From positions 1-41,561 of IMG/VR virus record IMGVR_UViG_3300033067_001666: a stretch of DNA of 41,561 nucleotides; one strand, given 5' to 3'. Under the pieces are notes generated by a model. It was not told where the DNA came from, made no database searches, and worked only from the letters and a program-made list of their open reading frames with translations. Position 1 is the stretch's first letter. Each line of letters opens with the position of its first letter. The position numbers and the translations under genes are program-made. The stretch is from a virus. Taxonomy: Duplodnaviria; Caudoviricetes. Below, piece by piece: positions 9,686 to 19,864 of this stretch.

Positions 9686-10098
9686 TGGCAAAGGCCCCGG
9701 ACCCGAAGGAAATCGCCCGGCTGCGTGCCGCTGAGGAAGCAGCGAGACAGGCGGAGGAGGTGCGCAAGGCCCGCGAGGCGATGGTGATGTGGGTGTTCCT
9801 CGGCGGGGAACGCCGGGTGTTGCGCATGCTGGACACGACAGCGTTGCAGGTGCGGGAGCTGCGCCGGACGTGCGGGCTGGGGCTCAACGAACTGTGGCTC
9901 GCCCTGTACGATCCGGGGGCGACGCCGCTTGATACGTTGCTGGCGGCCTGGTGGCTGGCCGGGATGCAGGCCGGCGTTGAGGGCGAGACGTTCGAAGGGC
10001 TGTTGGGCCGCTCGTTCGCTGACGCCCCGTGGCTGCATTTCCCGTCGGAAGAAGACATCGCGGAGGACGCGGCGGGTGATGATGACCCCCCGGCCTGA
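9685..10098 (+). CDS. tail assembly chaperone (G)
   Basis: immediately upstream of tape measure; acidic end DDDPPA at a slippery site. Confidence 0.75.
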   Translation: MAKAPDPKEIARLRAAEEAARQAEEVRKAREAMVMWVFLGGERRVLRMLDTTALQVRELRRTCGLGLNELWLALYDPGATPLDTLLAAWWLAGMQAGVEGETFEGLLGRSFADAPWLHFPSEEDIAEDAAGDDDPPA

Positions 10099-10217
10099 GG
10101 CGGCGGCTACGTCCGTGGCTGCCGCTGATCTACACGAAGACGTCGCTTCGCTGGCCGGACGTGGAGGCGATGCCGATGGGCGAGCTCGACGCGCTGCTCG
10201 AGCATCTGCGGGGGTGA
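10086..10217 (+). CDS. -1 frameshift extension of tail assembly chaperone (GT); slippery C CCC CCG at 10086-10092
   Basis: -1 frame is open from 10086 (TGA at 10083-10085) to TGA 10215-10217: PPGLRRRLRPWLPLIYTKTSLRWPDVEAMPMGELDALLEHLRG; ends 3 nt before the tape measure start. Confidence 0.75.
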   Translation, partial: PPGLRRRLRPWLPLIYTKTSLRWPDVEAMPMGELDALLEHLRG

Positions 10218-10220
10218 CCG

Positions 10221-12479
10221 GTGGCTAGAGCGGTTGGTATTGACTTCAAGTTCACCGGCGACCCGACCAAGGCGGTGGCGGCGTTCCGGCAGATCGCCCA
10301 GGCCGCGAAGAACGCGGGCGGTTCGCTCGGCGTGGCGGGCCGGCAGATGGAAGAGGCGCTCACCAAGGCGGAGCGGGCGGCGCAGCAGCAGGCCAAGTCG
10401 GTGCGTGGCGCCTTGTCGGGCGGGGCAAACCAGAAGGCCGCCGGGTTCCTTGGCGGGCTAGCGGACGCTTTGGGGGTGGGCGAGTTCGCCGACCAGTTGG
10501 GCGGCGTCGAAGGCCTGCTCGACGGGGTGTCGTCGAAGGCGGCTCTTGCTGCCACCGGGTTCGCTGCGCTGGGCGCCGCCGCCGTGAAGGTCGGGGTCGA
10601 CTCGTTCAACGCGTTCAAATCGATCGTCGAGCAGGTCGACGCTGTCGCCGACGTGACCGGGGCGTCCGCTGAGGAAGCCTCGAAGCTTGTCGGCGTGTTC
10701 AAGGGCGTCGGTCTTGACGCCGGGGCCGGTGCTGCCGCGATGGCGAAGCTGGCGAAGGCGGTCGGCACCAACGAGGAAGCGCTACTCAAATACGGGATCG
10801 TTGTCGCCCGCAACGCTGACGGCACCGCCAACCTGAACGGCACCCTTCTCAACGTGGCATCCGCCTATCAGGCGACAGCTGACCCGGCCGAGAAAGCGGC
10901 GTTGGCGTCGGCGGTGTTCGGCAAGTCGTGGGCGGACATGGTCGACGTGCTCGACAAGTCCCGATCGAAGATCGCCGAGTTGCAGGGGCTTGCCCCGGGG
11001 GTGACCGAGGACGACATCCGCCGTCTCGAGGAGTACAAGCAGGCGTCGGCAGGGCTTGGGCAGGCGTGGGGCGACACGAAACTGTCGATCGGCCGGCAGC
11101 TGATCTCGCTCACTTCGGCTGAACTGGAACGGTTCACGGGCGTGGCAAGAATCGCCGGGTCGACGTTGACCGGCGATTTCGGGGGGGCGTGGGATGCGCT
11201 CACCGGGAAGACCGAGCAGGCGTCTACCGCATTCCAGAACGCCTCGGATGATCTCGGCGGGCGGCTGGTGGCCGCAGCGTTGCAAGCCGCCTTTGCGACC
11301 GACCGGCTTGGCGTGTCGTTCGAGCTCGCCTCAGTGAAGGCAGCCAGGGCGTCGTCGTCGTTTGCTGCGGTGTTCGACCGGCAGACCACATCGATCGGCG
11401 CGCAGGTCCGGTTCAAGGACGCGATCTTCGGGTTGCAGCAGGCGCAGGCAAGCTCGGCCGGGCAGGCAGCGAAGTACGCCGACGCGCAGGACAACGTGGC
11501 TCGTGCGGTCGGCGACCAGTCCCGGGCCGCAGCGGACGCCGCCCGCAAGATCGCCGACGCCGAACGCCGGTCCTCCGAACGCATCGTTGACGCCCAGCAG
11601 GATGTCATCGACGCCCGCGAGCGCGCGGCACGTTCGGCGCAGTCTGCTGCCGACCGGGTTGCTGACGCCGAACGGGCGCTGGTCGATGCCGCCACGGCAG
11701 GGGCGGGTGACAACCCGTTGGAACAGAACCGGCGCATCCAAGACGCCCGGATCGAGCTCGAGCGCGCCCAGCGGGATCAGGCGCAGTCCGCGACCGACGG
11801 GGCAAAGAACGTCAAAGAGGCAGAGGAAGACCTGTTCAAGGCGCAGCAGGACGGGGCGCGCGAGGTTGCCGACGCCCGTCGTGAGGCCGCTGAGGCGCAG
11901 GCCGACGCCGCCGAACGTGTCGCTGACGCTCAGGGCCGGGCGAACGAGTCGTTCGACGTGGGTGCCGTGTCGATCGGGAACATGACCGGCAAGGTCGATG
12001 ACCTGGTCAAGTCGACGTTTGATGCTGCGTTCCAGATCCAGCAGATGGGCGGCTCGCAGGCCGACGTGAAAGCGAAGGTCGACGAGTCGATCCGGGCGCT
12101 CGAGGAGTACGGCCCGCAGCTCGGGTTGACGTCCGCCCAGGTCGAGTATTACCGCAAGCAGTTGCAGTTGATCCCGGCGATGATCCCGACCCGGATCCGG
12201 GTTGATTTCTCGGTGGGTTCGGTCACCGACGTCGCCCGCCGCGGTCTCGCCGCTGCCGCTGCTTCGGTGTTGCAGGTGCCCCAGTTCGCTGGCGGTGGCA
12301 CGTTCCGGGCGCAGGGCGGCGGTGCTGGTCTGGCGGTGTTGCACGACGGGGAGAAGGTGTTGACCCCGGAGCAGCAGCAGGCGCAGGGCGGGATCACGGT
12401 GAACGTGTACGGGTCGGTGATGGCGGAACGGGACCTGGTGGAGACGATCGGCCGGGCGTACCGGCAGGGGTTCCGCTGA
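10221..12479 (+). CDS. tape measure protein
   Basis: 752 aa Ala-rich helical/coiled-coil protein after the chaperone; C-terminal FAGGG..AVLHDGEKVLT..ITVNVYG. Confidence 0.9.
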   Translation: MARAVGIDFKFTGDPTKAVAAFRQIAQAAKNAGGSLGVAGRQMEEALTKAERAAQQQAKSVRGALSGGANQKAAGFLGGLADALGVGEFADQLGGVEGLLDGVSSKAALAATGFAALGAAAVKVGVDSFNAFKSIVEQVDAVADVTGASAEEASKLVGVFKGVGLDAGAGAAAMAKLAKAVGTNEEALLKYGIVVARNADGTANLNGTLLNVASAYQATADPAEKAALASAVFGKSWADMVDVLDKSRSKIAELQGLAPGVTEDDIRRLEEYKQASAGLGQAWGDTKLSIGRQLISLTSAELERFTGVARIAGSTLTGDFGGAWDALTGKTEQASTAFQNASDDLGGRLVAAALQAAFATDRLGVSFELASVKAARASSSFAAVFDRQTTSIGAQVRFKDAIFGLQQAQASSAGQAAKYADAQDNVARAVGDQSRAAADAARKIADAERRSSERIVDAQQDVIDARERAARSAQSAADRVADAERALVDAATAGAGDNPLEQNRRIQDARIELERAQRDQAQSATDGAKNVKEAEEDLFKAQQDGAREVADARREAAEAQADAAERVADAQGRANESFDVGAVSIGNMTGKVDDLVKSTFDAAFQIQQMGGSQADVKAKVDESIRALEEYGPQLGLTSAQVEYYRKQLQLIPAMIPTRIRVDFSVGSVTDVARRGLAAAAASVLQVPQFAGGGTFRAQGGGAGLAVLHDGEKVLTPEQQQAQGGITVNVYGSVMAERDLVETIGRAYRQGFR

Positions 12480-12480
12480 C

Positions 12481-14673
12481 ATGGCGATCTACACGCGCAT
12501 GCATCCGAGGGTGTACATCGAGCTTGAATCGAACCCGTTGGATGCCGCCGACCCGGGCGACTGGATCGACGTCTCCACCCTGGTCAAGGGCATCGATTTC
12601 CGGCATGGCAAGTCCCGGTCGTCTGGCGACTTCCAGCCCGGCTCAGGGCAGGTCACGCTCGACAACCGTGACTCCCAGTTCGACCCGACGAACACGGCCG
12701 GGCCGTACTACGGGAAACTGAAGCTGCGCCGCAAGATCCGGGTTGATGCGCTTGTCGAACAGTACGACAGCAGCGACGGGTCGATCATCGCCTCCTACGA
12801 CGTGACCTTGGCGTTCGGGTGGGTGACATCGTGGGGGAACCAGTGGCAGTGGCGGCGGCTGGTCGACACGACCGTCACATGGACCGACGCGCTCGGCCTG
12901 CTCGCCAACCACAACCTGCCGGACAGCGTGTGGGACTACCGGATCCAAACCCTGGCCGACGCCGGGAAGGTGGTCGCCTGGTACCGGTGGGACGACCAGT
13001 CCGACACGGCGGTTGACTCGTCGGGGAACGGGAACCACGGGCGGTATGCGATCTCCGAGGACGGGTCGGACCCGGCGACGTCGGCGGGCGCGCCGGTCGG
13101 GGTGGTGCGCGCCGGCCGCAGCGACCCGGTGATCCCGCAGGTCGACCGGCCCGGCTTGTCGTTCGGGAAGATGGTCGCCGAAGCAGGGCAGCCGGCGACC
13201 GCCCCGACAAACGGGTGGCGGTTCCCGTGTGTTGTCGCCAGCCCCGCCGCCACATCGGGGCTGTGGGGGACGTCGTTCACCGTTGAGACATGGGTGCGGT
13301 TCCGGGCGGCGTTCTCGCTGTCCGCCGCCGGACTGGCGTCAGCGGTCACGGCGCGCTGGCAGTTCCTTGGCTACTGGGGTCTGGACCCGTACTCGCCGAT
13401 CCGTGTCCTCGGGTTCTCGAAAGAGGGTCGGGTCACCGCGGGCGGGTCGTTCTACGGTGAGCTGATCCCCGGGACACCGCCGAACGTGTGGCTTCCGTAC
13501 GGCTCGGGCGGTCCGAGCGGCGTGCTCGGTCAGCCCACCGTTGACGACAACCAGGTGCATCATGTGGTGTACCGGGTGACGTCAACGTCGGGCACCAGTC
13601 AGATCGACTTCTTCATCGACGGTGTCGAACAAACCGCGTATGACTCGTCGATCGTGGATGGCTGGCCTGTGCCGCTGCCCGGCGCGCGGCCGATGGTGAT
13701 CGGCTACCAACACCAGCAGCTTTACCCGAGCGCGAACCCGAACATCGACGTGGCCTGCGGGTTCGAGCTCGGCGACGTCGTCATCTACAACCAGGCGTTG
13801 ACCTCCACGGAGATCCTCACCAACTACCGGTCGGGGCGGTACGGCAACCTTGCCGCCTCCGCCGACCTGGTCGCCTCGTCCGCGTTTGAGCAGGCGTGCA
13901 CCATGGCCGGCTACGCCCCCGGCGTGTTCGTGTTCGGCACCACCGCCAAACAAGTCGCCGCCGGCAAGACCGCCGGGAAGACAGTCGTCGACTACATCCG
14001 TGAGCTTGGGCGTGGCGAAGACGCGCTCGTGTGGCAGGACCGGTACGGCGAACTCCGGTTGGATTCCGAATCATGGAAACGAGGCGCCGGCCCCGGCGCG
14101 TCGGTTGCCGCCACGCTGACCGACGGCACCGACCCGTTCTCAAACCGGATCGGCTACGAAGACTGCACCCTCGACCTTGATGACAGCCTGCTCGCCAACT
14201 CGTGGTCGGTGTCCTACGAAGGCGGCCAGCAGATCGCGGAGGACACGGCCAGCATCGCCGAACACGGCCGCTACGAACAGTCGATCACAACGCTGCTCAC
14301 CGACCCCGACGACGCTCAGGGGCTCGCCCAGTTCCGGGTTCTGCAACGCAGCGACCCGCAGGTCGAGGTGGGCGAGGTCACGTTCGCGGTCGACGCCAGG
14401 TCGTTGACGTTCGTGCAGAACTCGTGCGACGTCCGCTACCGGGTCGAACTGATCCGCACCCGGCCCGATGGCAGCGTGTTCACCCAAGACCACTGGATCG
14501 AATCGGTCCGCCACCAGATCGAAGGCTCGAACGCCGGCTACGACCAGGGGGTGGCGCCGTACGCGTTCGGGACTTGGAACGTCACCTTGTCGTTGTCGCG
14601 GGCCGATTGGCCGGCAACCCCGTTCATTCTCGACACGTCGGCCCTCGACGGTGTCGACACCATCTGGTACTAG
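12481..14673 (+). CDS. minor tail protein with LamG/ConA-like domain
   Basis: WIDVS..VTLDNRD..FDP N-terminus; VAWYRWDD..DSSGNGNHG, FTVETWVR, DVVIYNQALT LamG motifs. Confidence 0.8.
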   Translation: MAIYTRMHPRVYIELESNPLDAADPGDWIDVSTLVKGIDFRHGKSRSSGDFQPGSGQVTLDNRDSQFDPTNTAGPYYGKLKLRRKIRVDALVEQYDSSDGSIIASYDVTLAFGWVTSWGNQWQWRRLVDTTVTWTDALGLLANHNLPDSVWDYRIQTLADAGKVVAWYRWDDQSDTAVDSSGNGNHGRYAISEDGSDPATSAGAPVGVVRAGRSDPVIPQVDRPGLSFGKMVAEAGQPATAPTNGWRFPCVVASPAATSGLWGTSFTVETWVRFRAAFSLSAAGLASAVTARWQFLGYWGLDPYSPIRVLGFSKEGRVTAGGSFYGELIPGTPPNVWLPYGSGGPSGVLGQPTVDDNQVHHVVYRVTSTSGTSQIDFFIDGVEQTAYDSSIVDGWPVPLPGARPMVIGYQHQQLYPSANPNIDVACGFELGDVVIYNQALTSTEILTNYRSGRYGNLAASADLVASSAFEQACTMAGYAPGVFVFGTTAKQVAAGKTAGKTVVDYIRELGRGEDALVWQDRYGELRLDSESWKRGAGPGASVAATLTDGTDPFSNRIGYEDCTLDLDDSLLANSWSVSYEGGQQIAEDTASIAEHGRYEQSITTLLTDPDDAQGLAQFRVLQRSDPQVEVGEVTFAVDARSLTFVQNSCDVRYRVELIRTRPDGSVFTQDHWIESVRHQIEGSNAGYDQGVAPYAFGTWNVTLSLSRADWPATPFILDTSALDGVDTIWY

Positions 14674-14682
14674 GAGCACGTC

Positions 14683-15210
14683 ATGGCTTGGACATCGCCG
14701 GCAACGTGGTCGGTAGGGGAGGTCCCTACCGCCGCCAAGATGAACGCCCACATCCGAGACAACCTGGTCGACCTCGGGCAGCCGGGCGTCGGCTACCTGA
14801 CGTTCTCGTCTACCCAGTCGTTCCCGACGTCGGGCGGCACGGAGACGTACACGCAGCTTGCGTTCGATTCGATGCCGATCACCAAGAACTGTCACGTGAC
14901 ATCGAACCGGTTCTATGTCGACCAGGCCGGCACCTGGGAGTTCTGTGCGATGATCCGCTGGCCTTCCACCGCGTCGGCAAACGCGTCGTCTCTGCGGTGG
15001 GCGAAGATCTACGCGAACGGGTCGGCGACCGACTACCGAGACATCCGGTTCAACTTCCAGAACTTCGACACGATCTGCACGGTGGTCACCGGGCCGATCA
15101 CCCTGAGCTCGGGGGCGTATGTCGATCTGCGAGGCGCCCAGTCGCACGGCTCGAACCTGACGCTCACGTCGGCCGGGACCTACCTGTACGGGCGGATCGT
15201 GTACCGATGA
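14683..15210 (+). CDS. minor tail/tail fibre protein
   Basis: MAWTSPATWSVGEVPTAAKMNAHIRDN N-terminus; beta-rich C-terminus; AGGAG RBS. Confidence 0.7.
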   Translation: MAWTSPATWSVGEVPTAAKMNAHIRDNLVDLGQPGVGYLTFSSTQSFPTSGGTETYTQLAFDSMPITKNCHVTSNRFYVDQAGTWEFCAMIRWPSTASANASSLRWAKIYANGSATDYRDIRFNFQNFDTICTVVTGPITLSSGAYVDLRGAQSHGSNLTLTSAGTYLYGRIVYR

Positions 15211-15264
15211 GTGCGCTTGCCTGGTCGATGTGGCAAGTACGATGGTCATGAAAGGTGGTGGGCG

Positions 15265-15576
15265 ATGGCTTCTTATTCTCTGACCGTTGGCGGTCGGCCG
15301 TCCGGGGTGCACAAGACGTTGTCGGGCACGACAGCGGACACGGTCACCGTTACGAGCACGACGACGTCCTCTCGAGGGCAGGTGATCAACCGTTCGTCGG
15401 CCGCTATCTACCTGCGGTTCGATGGGTCTGCGGCGGTTGCCGCTGCTGACGGGACGGTGGTGTTGCCGGCCGGGCTGGTGTACGAGTGGTTCATCGGGTC
15501 AGGCACCGCGACGGTGAGCGTGGTCGGTTCCGGTGACGCCTATTCGGTGCAGGCTTCGCCGTACGGGAGCTGGTGA
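15265..15576 (+). CDS. small beta-rich structural protein
   Basis: Thr/Ser/Val rich, INRSSAAIYLRFDG; in tail operon. Confidence 0.55.
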   Translation: MASYSLTVGGRPSGVHKTLSGTTADTVTVTSTTTSSRGQVINRSSAAIYLRFDGSAAVAAADGTVVLPAGLVYEWFIGSGTATVSVVGSGDAYSVQASPYGSW

Positions 15577-15580
15577 GCCG

Positions 15581-17290
15581 ATGCGCTCACGTGGCGCTTA
15601 CAGCGGCGCCTATTCGGGCGTGTACCTGCCGGGTGGCCCGGCGTACAGCGGCCAGTACTCGGGGAACACGTTCTCCCCGGCGGCGCTCGCCCCGTACGCC
15701 TGGTATGACGCCGAGCTCGGCCAGCCGAAGAACGTCGGGTATGTCGAGCTGACCGGCGTGTCTGGCGACTACGTGTTCACTCCCGATTCGGCGGGTCTGT
15801 CGTTCTCCAACGACATCGAGGTCGTGATGCGAGTCCGGGTGACGGACTGGACCGCGGCGGCGAACCAGACGCTGTGCGGGAAGTACGTGACGACCGGGAA
15901 CCAGCGGTCGTGGCGGTTCTACGTGTCGACCACCGGAGCTATCGTGCTGACAGCGTCAGCGAACGGAACTGCGGTGACGAGTGTGACGGTGACCCCGACG
16001 GTGGCGTTCACCGATGGCGCGTGGATCTGGCTGCGGTTGCGGTTGGATCTGACCAACGGCGCGAACTCGGTGGGCACGGTCGAAACAGCGGCGGACACCG
16101 GATCCAATGTCGAGCCGTCGTCGTGGACTGCGAACGGTACGGCGACCGGGACGACGATCGCCGGGGTGTTCGACGGTACGGCGGCGTTGGAGATCGGCAC
16201 GTTCCAGTCGGGGACGTCGGAGCGGCTTGCTGGGCGTGTGGGCCGGTGCATTGTGCGCAGCGGGTTCGCCGGGTCGACGGGCGCCGATTTCAACGCCGAT
16301 GACTGCTACCTCGATGGGGTCACCGATTCGGTTGGGAACGTGTGGTCTGTCGCCAACGCGAAGGTGTATGACCGGTCAGCGAACGCTCGGGCGGCGGTTG
16401 TGAACGCGTCGGGCAGCAACGCGGCGGCGCCGTTGTCGTGGCGTGGCGTGCCGTCCGTCCACATTGAGGCAGCGGGAGCGGGCATCAATGGCGTGTCGTG
16501 CACCGCTCCCGCTGGCACTGCGTCGTACTCGGCGGTCCCACGTGACGGCGGTTCACCTTCCACGGGGGTGGCGGCTCCCGGAGCGTTCTCGTTTACTACC
16601 GCAGGGGACTGGCAGTACGTAAGCCTGTTGAACGGTTCCGCCGTGGAAGTGGCGCGGTATGCACCGGCGTCAAGCACCCAGGCCGGCCATACCGACAGTT
16701 ATGGCGTGGTGTGGGCGGTGGACCGCGGGACGTCGGGCCGCAAGTCGGTTGTGCAGTCCCACGCCGCCACGTCGGCCCGTTCGGTGTTTCTGCTCGGGAC
16801 CGATGACTACCTCACGGTGCCGGCCGCCGCCGTGCCGCCCATGGCGGCGTCCGACGCTGCGACGATTCTTGTTGTCGGGCGCACGTGGGGTACGCCGCCG
16901 TCTCTTGGCTGTTTCTTTCATTTCGGGCAATCAGGCGGCGCCCTGCCCCTCCTTCTGCTGCGCGAGAACGGGGGTGGCCCTACCCTGCAATCGTTCATCC
17001 AGGACGGCTCGGGTTCGGCGTTTGCGTATGCGTCGTTCACCAATTCTCAGCGTTTCGTGATCGGCGTTGCCTTGGCTGCCGCCACCGTGAGATCAATCGC
17101 GAACAGCAACGAAGCTTCCGCAGCGCGCGGCGGTGTAGCGATTTCCCCGGCATCTCCCGTCGCGACTATCGGCGCATACGCCGGGAGCGCCTACCAGGAT
17201 TTCGAATGGGAAGCCGTGCTCACGTTCAGCCGGGCGCTCACCGCCAGCGAGATCGGGCAGATCGTCGCCTACTACCGAGGCGCCGCATGA
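15581..17290 (+). CDS. tail-associated protein with LamG-like domains (candidate receptor-binding protein)
   Basis: YAWYDA, QRSW, LEIG, FSRALTASEI motifs; 569 aa Gly/Ser/Thr rich. Confidence 0.65.
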   Translation: MRSRGAYSGAYSGVYLPGGPAYSGQYSGNTFSPAALAPYAWYDAELGQPKNVGYVELTGVSGDYVFTPDSAGLSFSNDIEVVMRVRVTDWTAAANQTLCGKYVTTGNQRSWRFYVSTTGAIVLTASANGTAVTSVTVTPTVAFTDGAWIWLRLRLDLTNGANSVGTVETAADTGSNVEPSSWTANGTATGTTIAGVFDGTAALEIGTFQSGTSERLAGRVGRCIVRSGFAGSTGADFNADDCYLDGVTDSVGNVWSVANAKVYDRSANARAAVVNASGSNAAAPLSWRGVPSVHIEAAGAGINGVSCTAPAGTASYSAVPRDGGSPSTGVAAPGAFSFTTAGDWQYVSLLNGSAVEVARYAPASSTQAGHTDSYGVVWAVDRGTSGRKSVVQSHAATSARSVFLLGTDDYLTVPAAAVPPMAASDAATILVVGRTWGTPPSLGCFFHFGQSGGALPLLLLRENGGGPTLQSFIQDGSGSAFAYASFTNSQRFVIGVALAAATVRSIANSNEASAARGGVAISPASPVATIGAYAGSAYQDFEWEAVLTFSRALTASEIGQIVAYYRGAA

Positions 17291-17610
17291 CCACCATCAC
17301 CACCTCCATAGCCGCAGTCGACGCCATCCAACGCATCCCCCTCGAATGCTGGCGCGGGCCCTACGACGACCCCAACGGCTACCCCAACTACCCCGTGTGG
17401 GTCGACACTGCCGGCGCCCCCGTCGACACTCTCGACGACGCCACCCACGCCCTATGGGACGGCGCATTCGGCGCGCTCACCGCCCGCCTCATCGCCGCCA
17501 TCGGCGCCGACCCAACCCGAATCCCCGCCGACACCACCACACTCGACCGTGCCGCCCTCCTCGAGCTCTACCCCGCAGTCGCCATCGAACCCAACCAGGT
17601 GACGCCGTGA
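17287..17610 (+). CDS. hypothetical protein
   Basis: ATGA overlap with upstream gene; high-GC3 codons. Confidence 0.55.
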   Translation: MTTITTSIAAVDAIQRIPLECWRGPYDDPNGYPNYPVWVDTAGAPVDTLDDATHALWDGAFGALTARLIAAIGADPTRIPADTTTLDRAALLELYPAVAIEPNQVTP

Positions 17611-17987
17611 AACTGCATGCCGCCACCATCGAAGACGCCCGCAACGCCCGACGCGCCCGCCCCACCATCGGCCAGCGCATCCCCCAACCCGTCGACCAGC
17701 AAGGCGCCACCCCCGCCCTCTGGTCCGACTGCGTCGCCTACGTGGTCGACGACGACCCGGCCGCCACCGCCGACGACCAGGACCTCATCGCAGCTGTCGC
17801 CGCCGCCCCCGGCAAGCTCCGCCCCGCCGACGGCAACCCCGCCAAGATCAGGGCACGGCTCGCCGCTGAGATCGCCAAGGCCAAGAGCGACCGTGAGGCT
17901 GGCAAGAAGATCGGCCGCGACAAACCGAAAGACCGCGACGCCGAAGACCCGAAGTCTGGTGGCGGCAAAACCAAGGCAGGGCGGTAG
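17607..17987 (+). CDS. hypothetical protein
   Basis: GTGA overlap; Lys/Arg/Asp-rich C-terminus. Confidence 0.55.
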   Translation: MKLHAATIEDARNARRARPTIGQRIPQPVDQQGATPALWSDCVAYVVDDDPAATADDQDLIAAVAAAPGKLRPADGNPAKIRARLAAEIAKAKSDREAGKKIGRDKPKDRDAEDPKSGGGKTKAGR

Positions 17988-18302
17988 ATGGCAACCGTCA
18001 CCAACACCGTCAAACTCCCAGACGGCACGACCCCCAGCCGGGTTGATGTCACGATCGAGCTGGTGACCTCTGCTCACGTGCGCACGTCCGGGTGGGTCAC
18101 GGCCAACGGGAACACGGTGTTGTCAGCGGCCCGCCCGACGGTGACGGCTGGCGTGTGGTCGGCGGATCTCACGCCGAACGCGAACATCACCCCGGCGGGC
18201 ACGGTGTACAAGGTGACCGAGGTGGCCGACCGGCATAGCTACGTGCATTTCATCTCCGTAGACGCTGACGGCGGAACCTTGTACAGCCTGAGGGAGCCAT
18301 GA
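17988..18302 (+). CDS. hypothetical protein (beta-sandwich, tail-protein N-terminal-like)
   Basis: PDGT..WSADLTPN..PAGTVYKVTE pattern. Confidence 0.55.
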   Translation: MATVTNTVKLPDGTTPSRVDVTIELVTSAHVRTSGWVTANGNTVLSAARPTVTAGVWSADLTPNANITPAGTVYKVTEVADRHSYVHFISVDADGGTLYSLREP

Positions 18303-19108
18303 CCGGGTACTACCTGCTCGACCATCCGAACCCGAACTGTCCTGATCGTGGCGACGGGAAGTATTGGGGCTATGCGGAGATGCAGGGCCAGCCGTTCTTG
18401 ATCGCCGTGCACACGACCGAGTCGTTTGCGGACGAGCTCGGCGAGGACATGGGCGCCGAGAACGTGGCCGCCTACTTCTCGAGGTCGACGACTGCGGCGA
18501 GCTATCACACGATCGTGGACAGTGATTCGACGGTGCGTTGCCTGCCGGCCGGGTTGGATGGGACGACGGTGCACACGGCGTTCCATTGCTACGGCCGCAA
18601 CACGGGGACGCTGGGGATCAGCTTCGCTATGCGGGCGTCTGAGTGGCCTACCGTCTCCCCGGCGTGGGCGACCGCAGCGTTGGAGCGGGCGGCGGATGAG
18701 GTGGCCTTGTGGTGCCGCAGGTGGGATATCCCGGCGCGCCGGGTGTCTCGGGCTGAGGCTGATGCCGGGGTGTCGGGGATCACGGGGCACGGGATTTTGC
18801 AGCCGGAGGATCGTACGGATCCGGGGGCGTCGACGACGTTCGAGCCCAGCTTGTTCCCGTGGGACCGGTTCCTCGGGATGGTCAACGAACGGCTGAACGG
18901 CGAGAAGCCGAAGGCGGAAGGTGAGGAATACATGTTGCAGCACTTCTTGCGGGTGACCGAAGGCGAGCTGAAGGACACCATCTACGCCCGGTACACCACC
19001 GGCGCGCTGGTGCCCATCGCCCCGGAGGAGTTCGACACCGACGGCGGCAAGGTGTCGGTGAAGAACACGACCACCGCCGGTCTGCGGATGGCGTTGAGCA
19101 ACCAGTAG
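18299..19108 (+). CDS. N-acetylmuramoyl-L-alanine amidase (endolysin)
   Basis: IAVHTTE, ASYH, AFH, GITGH..RTDPG..FPW Amidase_2 Zn motifs. Confidence 0.9.
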   Translation: MTGYYLLDHPNPNCPDRGDGKYWGYAEMQGQPFLIAVHTTESFADELGEDMGAENVAAYFSRSTTAASYHTIVDSDSTVRCLPAGLDGTTVHTAFHCYGRNTGTLGISFAMRASEWPTVSPAWATAALERAADEVALWCRRWDIPARRVSRAEADAGVSGITGHGILQPEDRTDPGASTTFEPSLFPWDRFLGMVNERLNGEKPKAEGEEYMLQHFLRVTEGELKDTIYARYTTGALVPIAPEEFDTDGGKVSVKNTTTAGLRMALSNQ

Positions 19109-19118
19109 CTCAAAACCC

Positions 19119-19850
19119 ATGCCGACCCCGTACTACCAAGACGACCAGGTCACCATCTACCACGGGGACGCCTTGGACGTACTCGACGGGTTGGAACACG
19201 CCGACGCCGTCATCACCGACCCGCCCTACGCCAGCGGCACGAGGATGGAAGCAAAGAAGTCTTCCAGCGGGTCCATGCTGCGTGCAGGGCGGTTCGCCGA
19301 CCGGCCGATTGACCTGGACCAGATGACCACCACTGGGTTCGTCTGGCTCATGCGACACGTCGGGATGCACGCCGAACGCATGCTCCCGGACGGCGGGTCA
19401 CTGCTGTGTTTCATCGACTGGCGTCAATGGCCGAACCTCGTCGGGGCGCTCGAAACCTGCAACCTGAGGGTGCAGGGGATGGTCGTGTGGGACAAGGGAA
19501 GCATGGGACTAGGCAACGGCTTCCGTGCCCAGCACGAGCTGATCTGCCACGCCGCCAAGGGGGTGCCCACCATCGCTGACCGCGGCACCGGCAACGTGTT
19601 GCAGTTCGGCCGGGTAGAGCCAACCGATCACCCCAGCCCGAAGCCGACCCCACTCATGAACAAACTTATGCAAGTGGTTACCGAGCCAAGCCAGCTAGTG
19701 GTCGACCCGTTCATGGGTAGCGGTTCGACGTTGCGGGCGGCGAAGGACCTGGGCCGGCGCGCCATCGGGATCGAACGAGACGAGCGCTACTGCGAGATAG
19801 CCGCTGAACGGCTCGGGCAGAACGTGCTCGACTTCGGCGGCGCTGCCTAA
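19119..19850 (+). CDS. DNA amino-methyltransferase (N6A/N4C, beta order)
   Basis: ITDPPY, HPSPKP, VVDPFMGSGST, AIGIE..YCEIA. Confidence 0.95.
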   Translation: MPTPYYQDDQVTIYHGDALDVLDGLEHADAVITDPPYASGTRMEAKKSSSGSMLRAGRFADRPIDLDQMTTTGFVWLMRHVGMHAERMLPDGGSLLCFIDWRQWPNLVGALETCNLRVQGMVVWDKGSMGLGNGFRAQHELICHAAKGVPTIADRGTGNVLQFGRVEPTDHPSPKPTPLMNKLMQVVTEPSQLVVDPFMGSGSTLRAAKDLGRRAIGIERDERYCEIAAERLGQNVLDFGGAA

Positions 19851-19864
19851 CCCGCCGTCTGCCC

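Noticed and set aside
9929-10228. +1 frame ORF as the chaperone extension
   Set aside because: Sequence looks non-coding and overlaps the tape measure start; the -1 frame has the slippery site and a better product.
16860-17290. Diversity-generating retroelement target
   Set aside because: No reverse transcriptase ORF and no second template copy of this region seen in the window.
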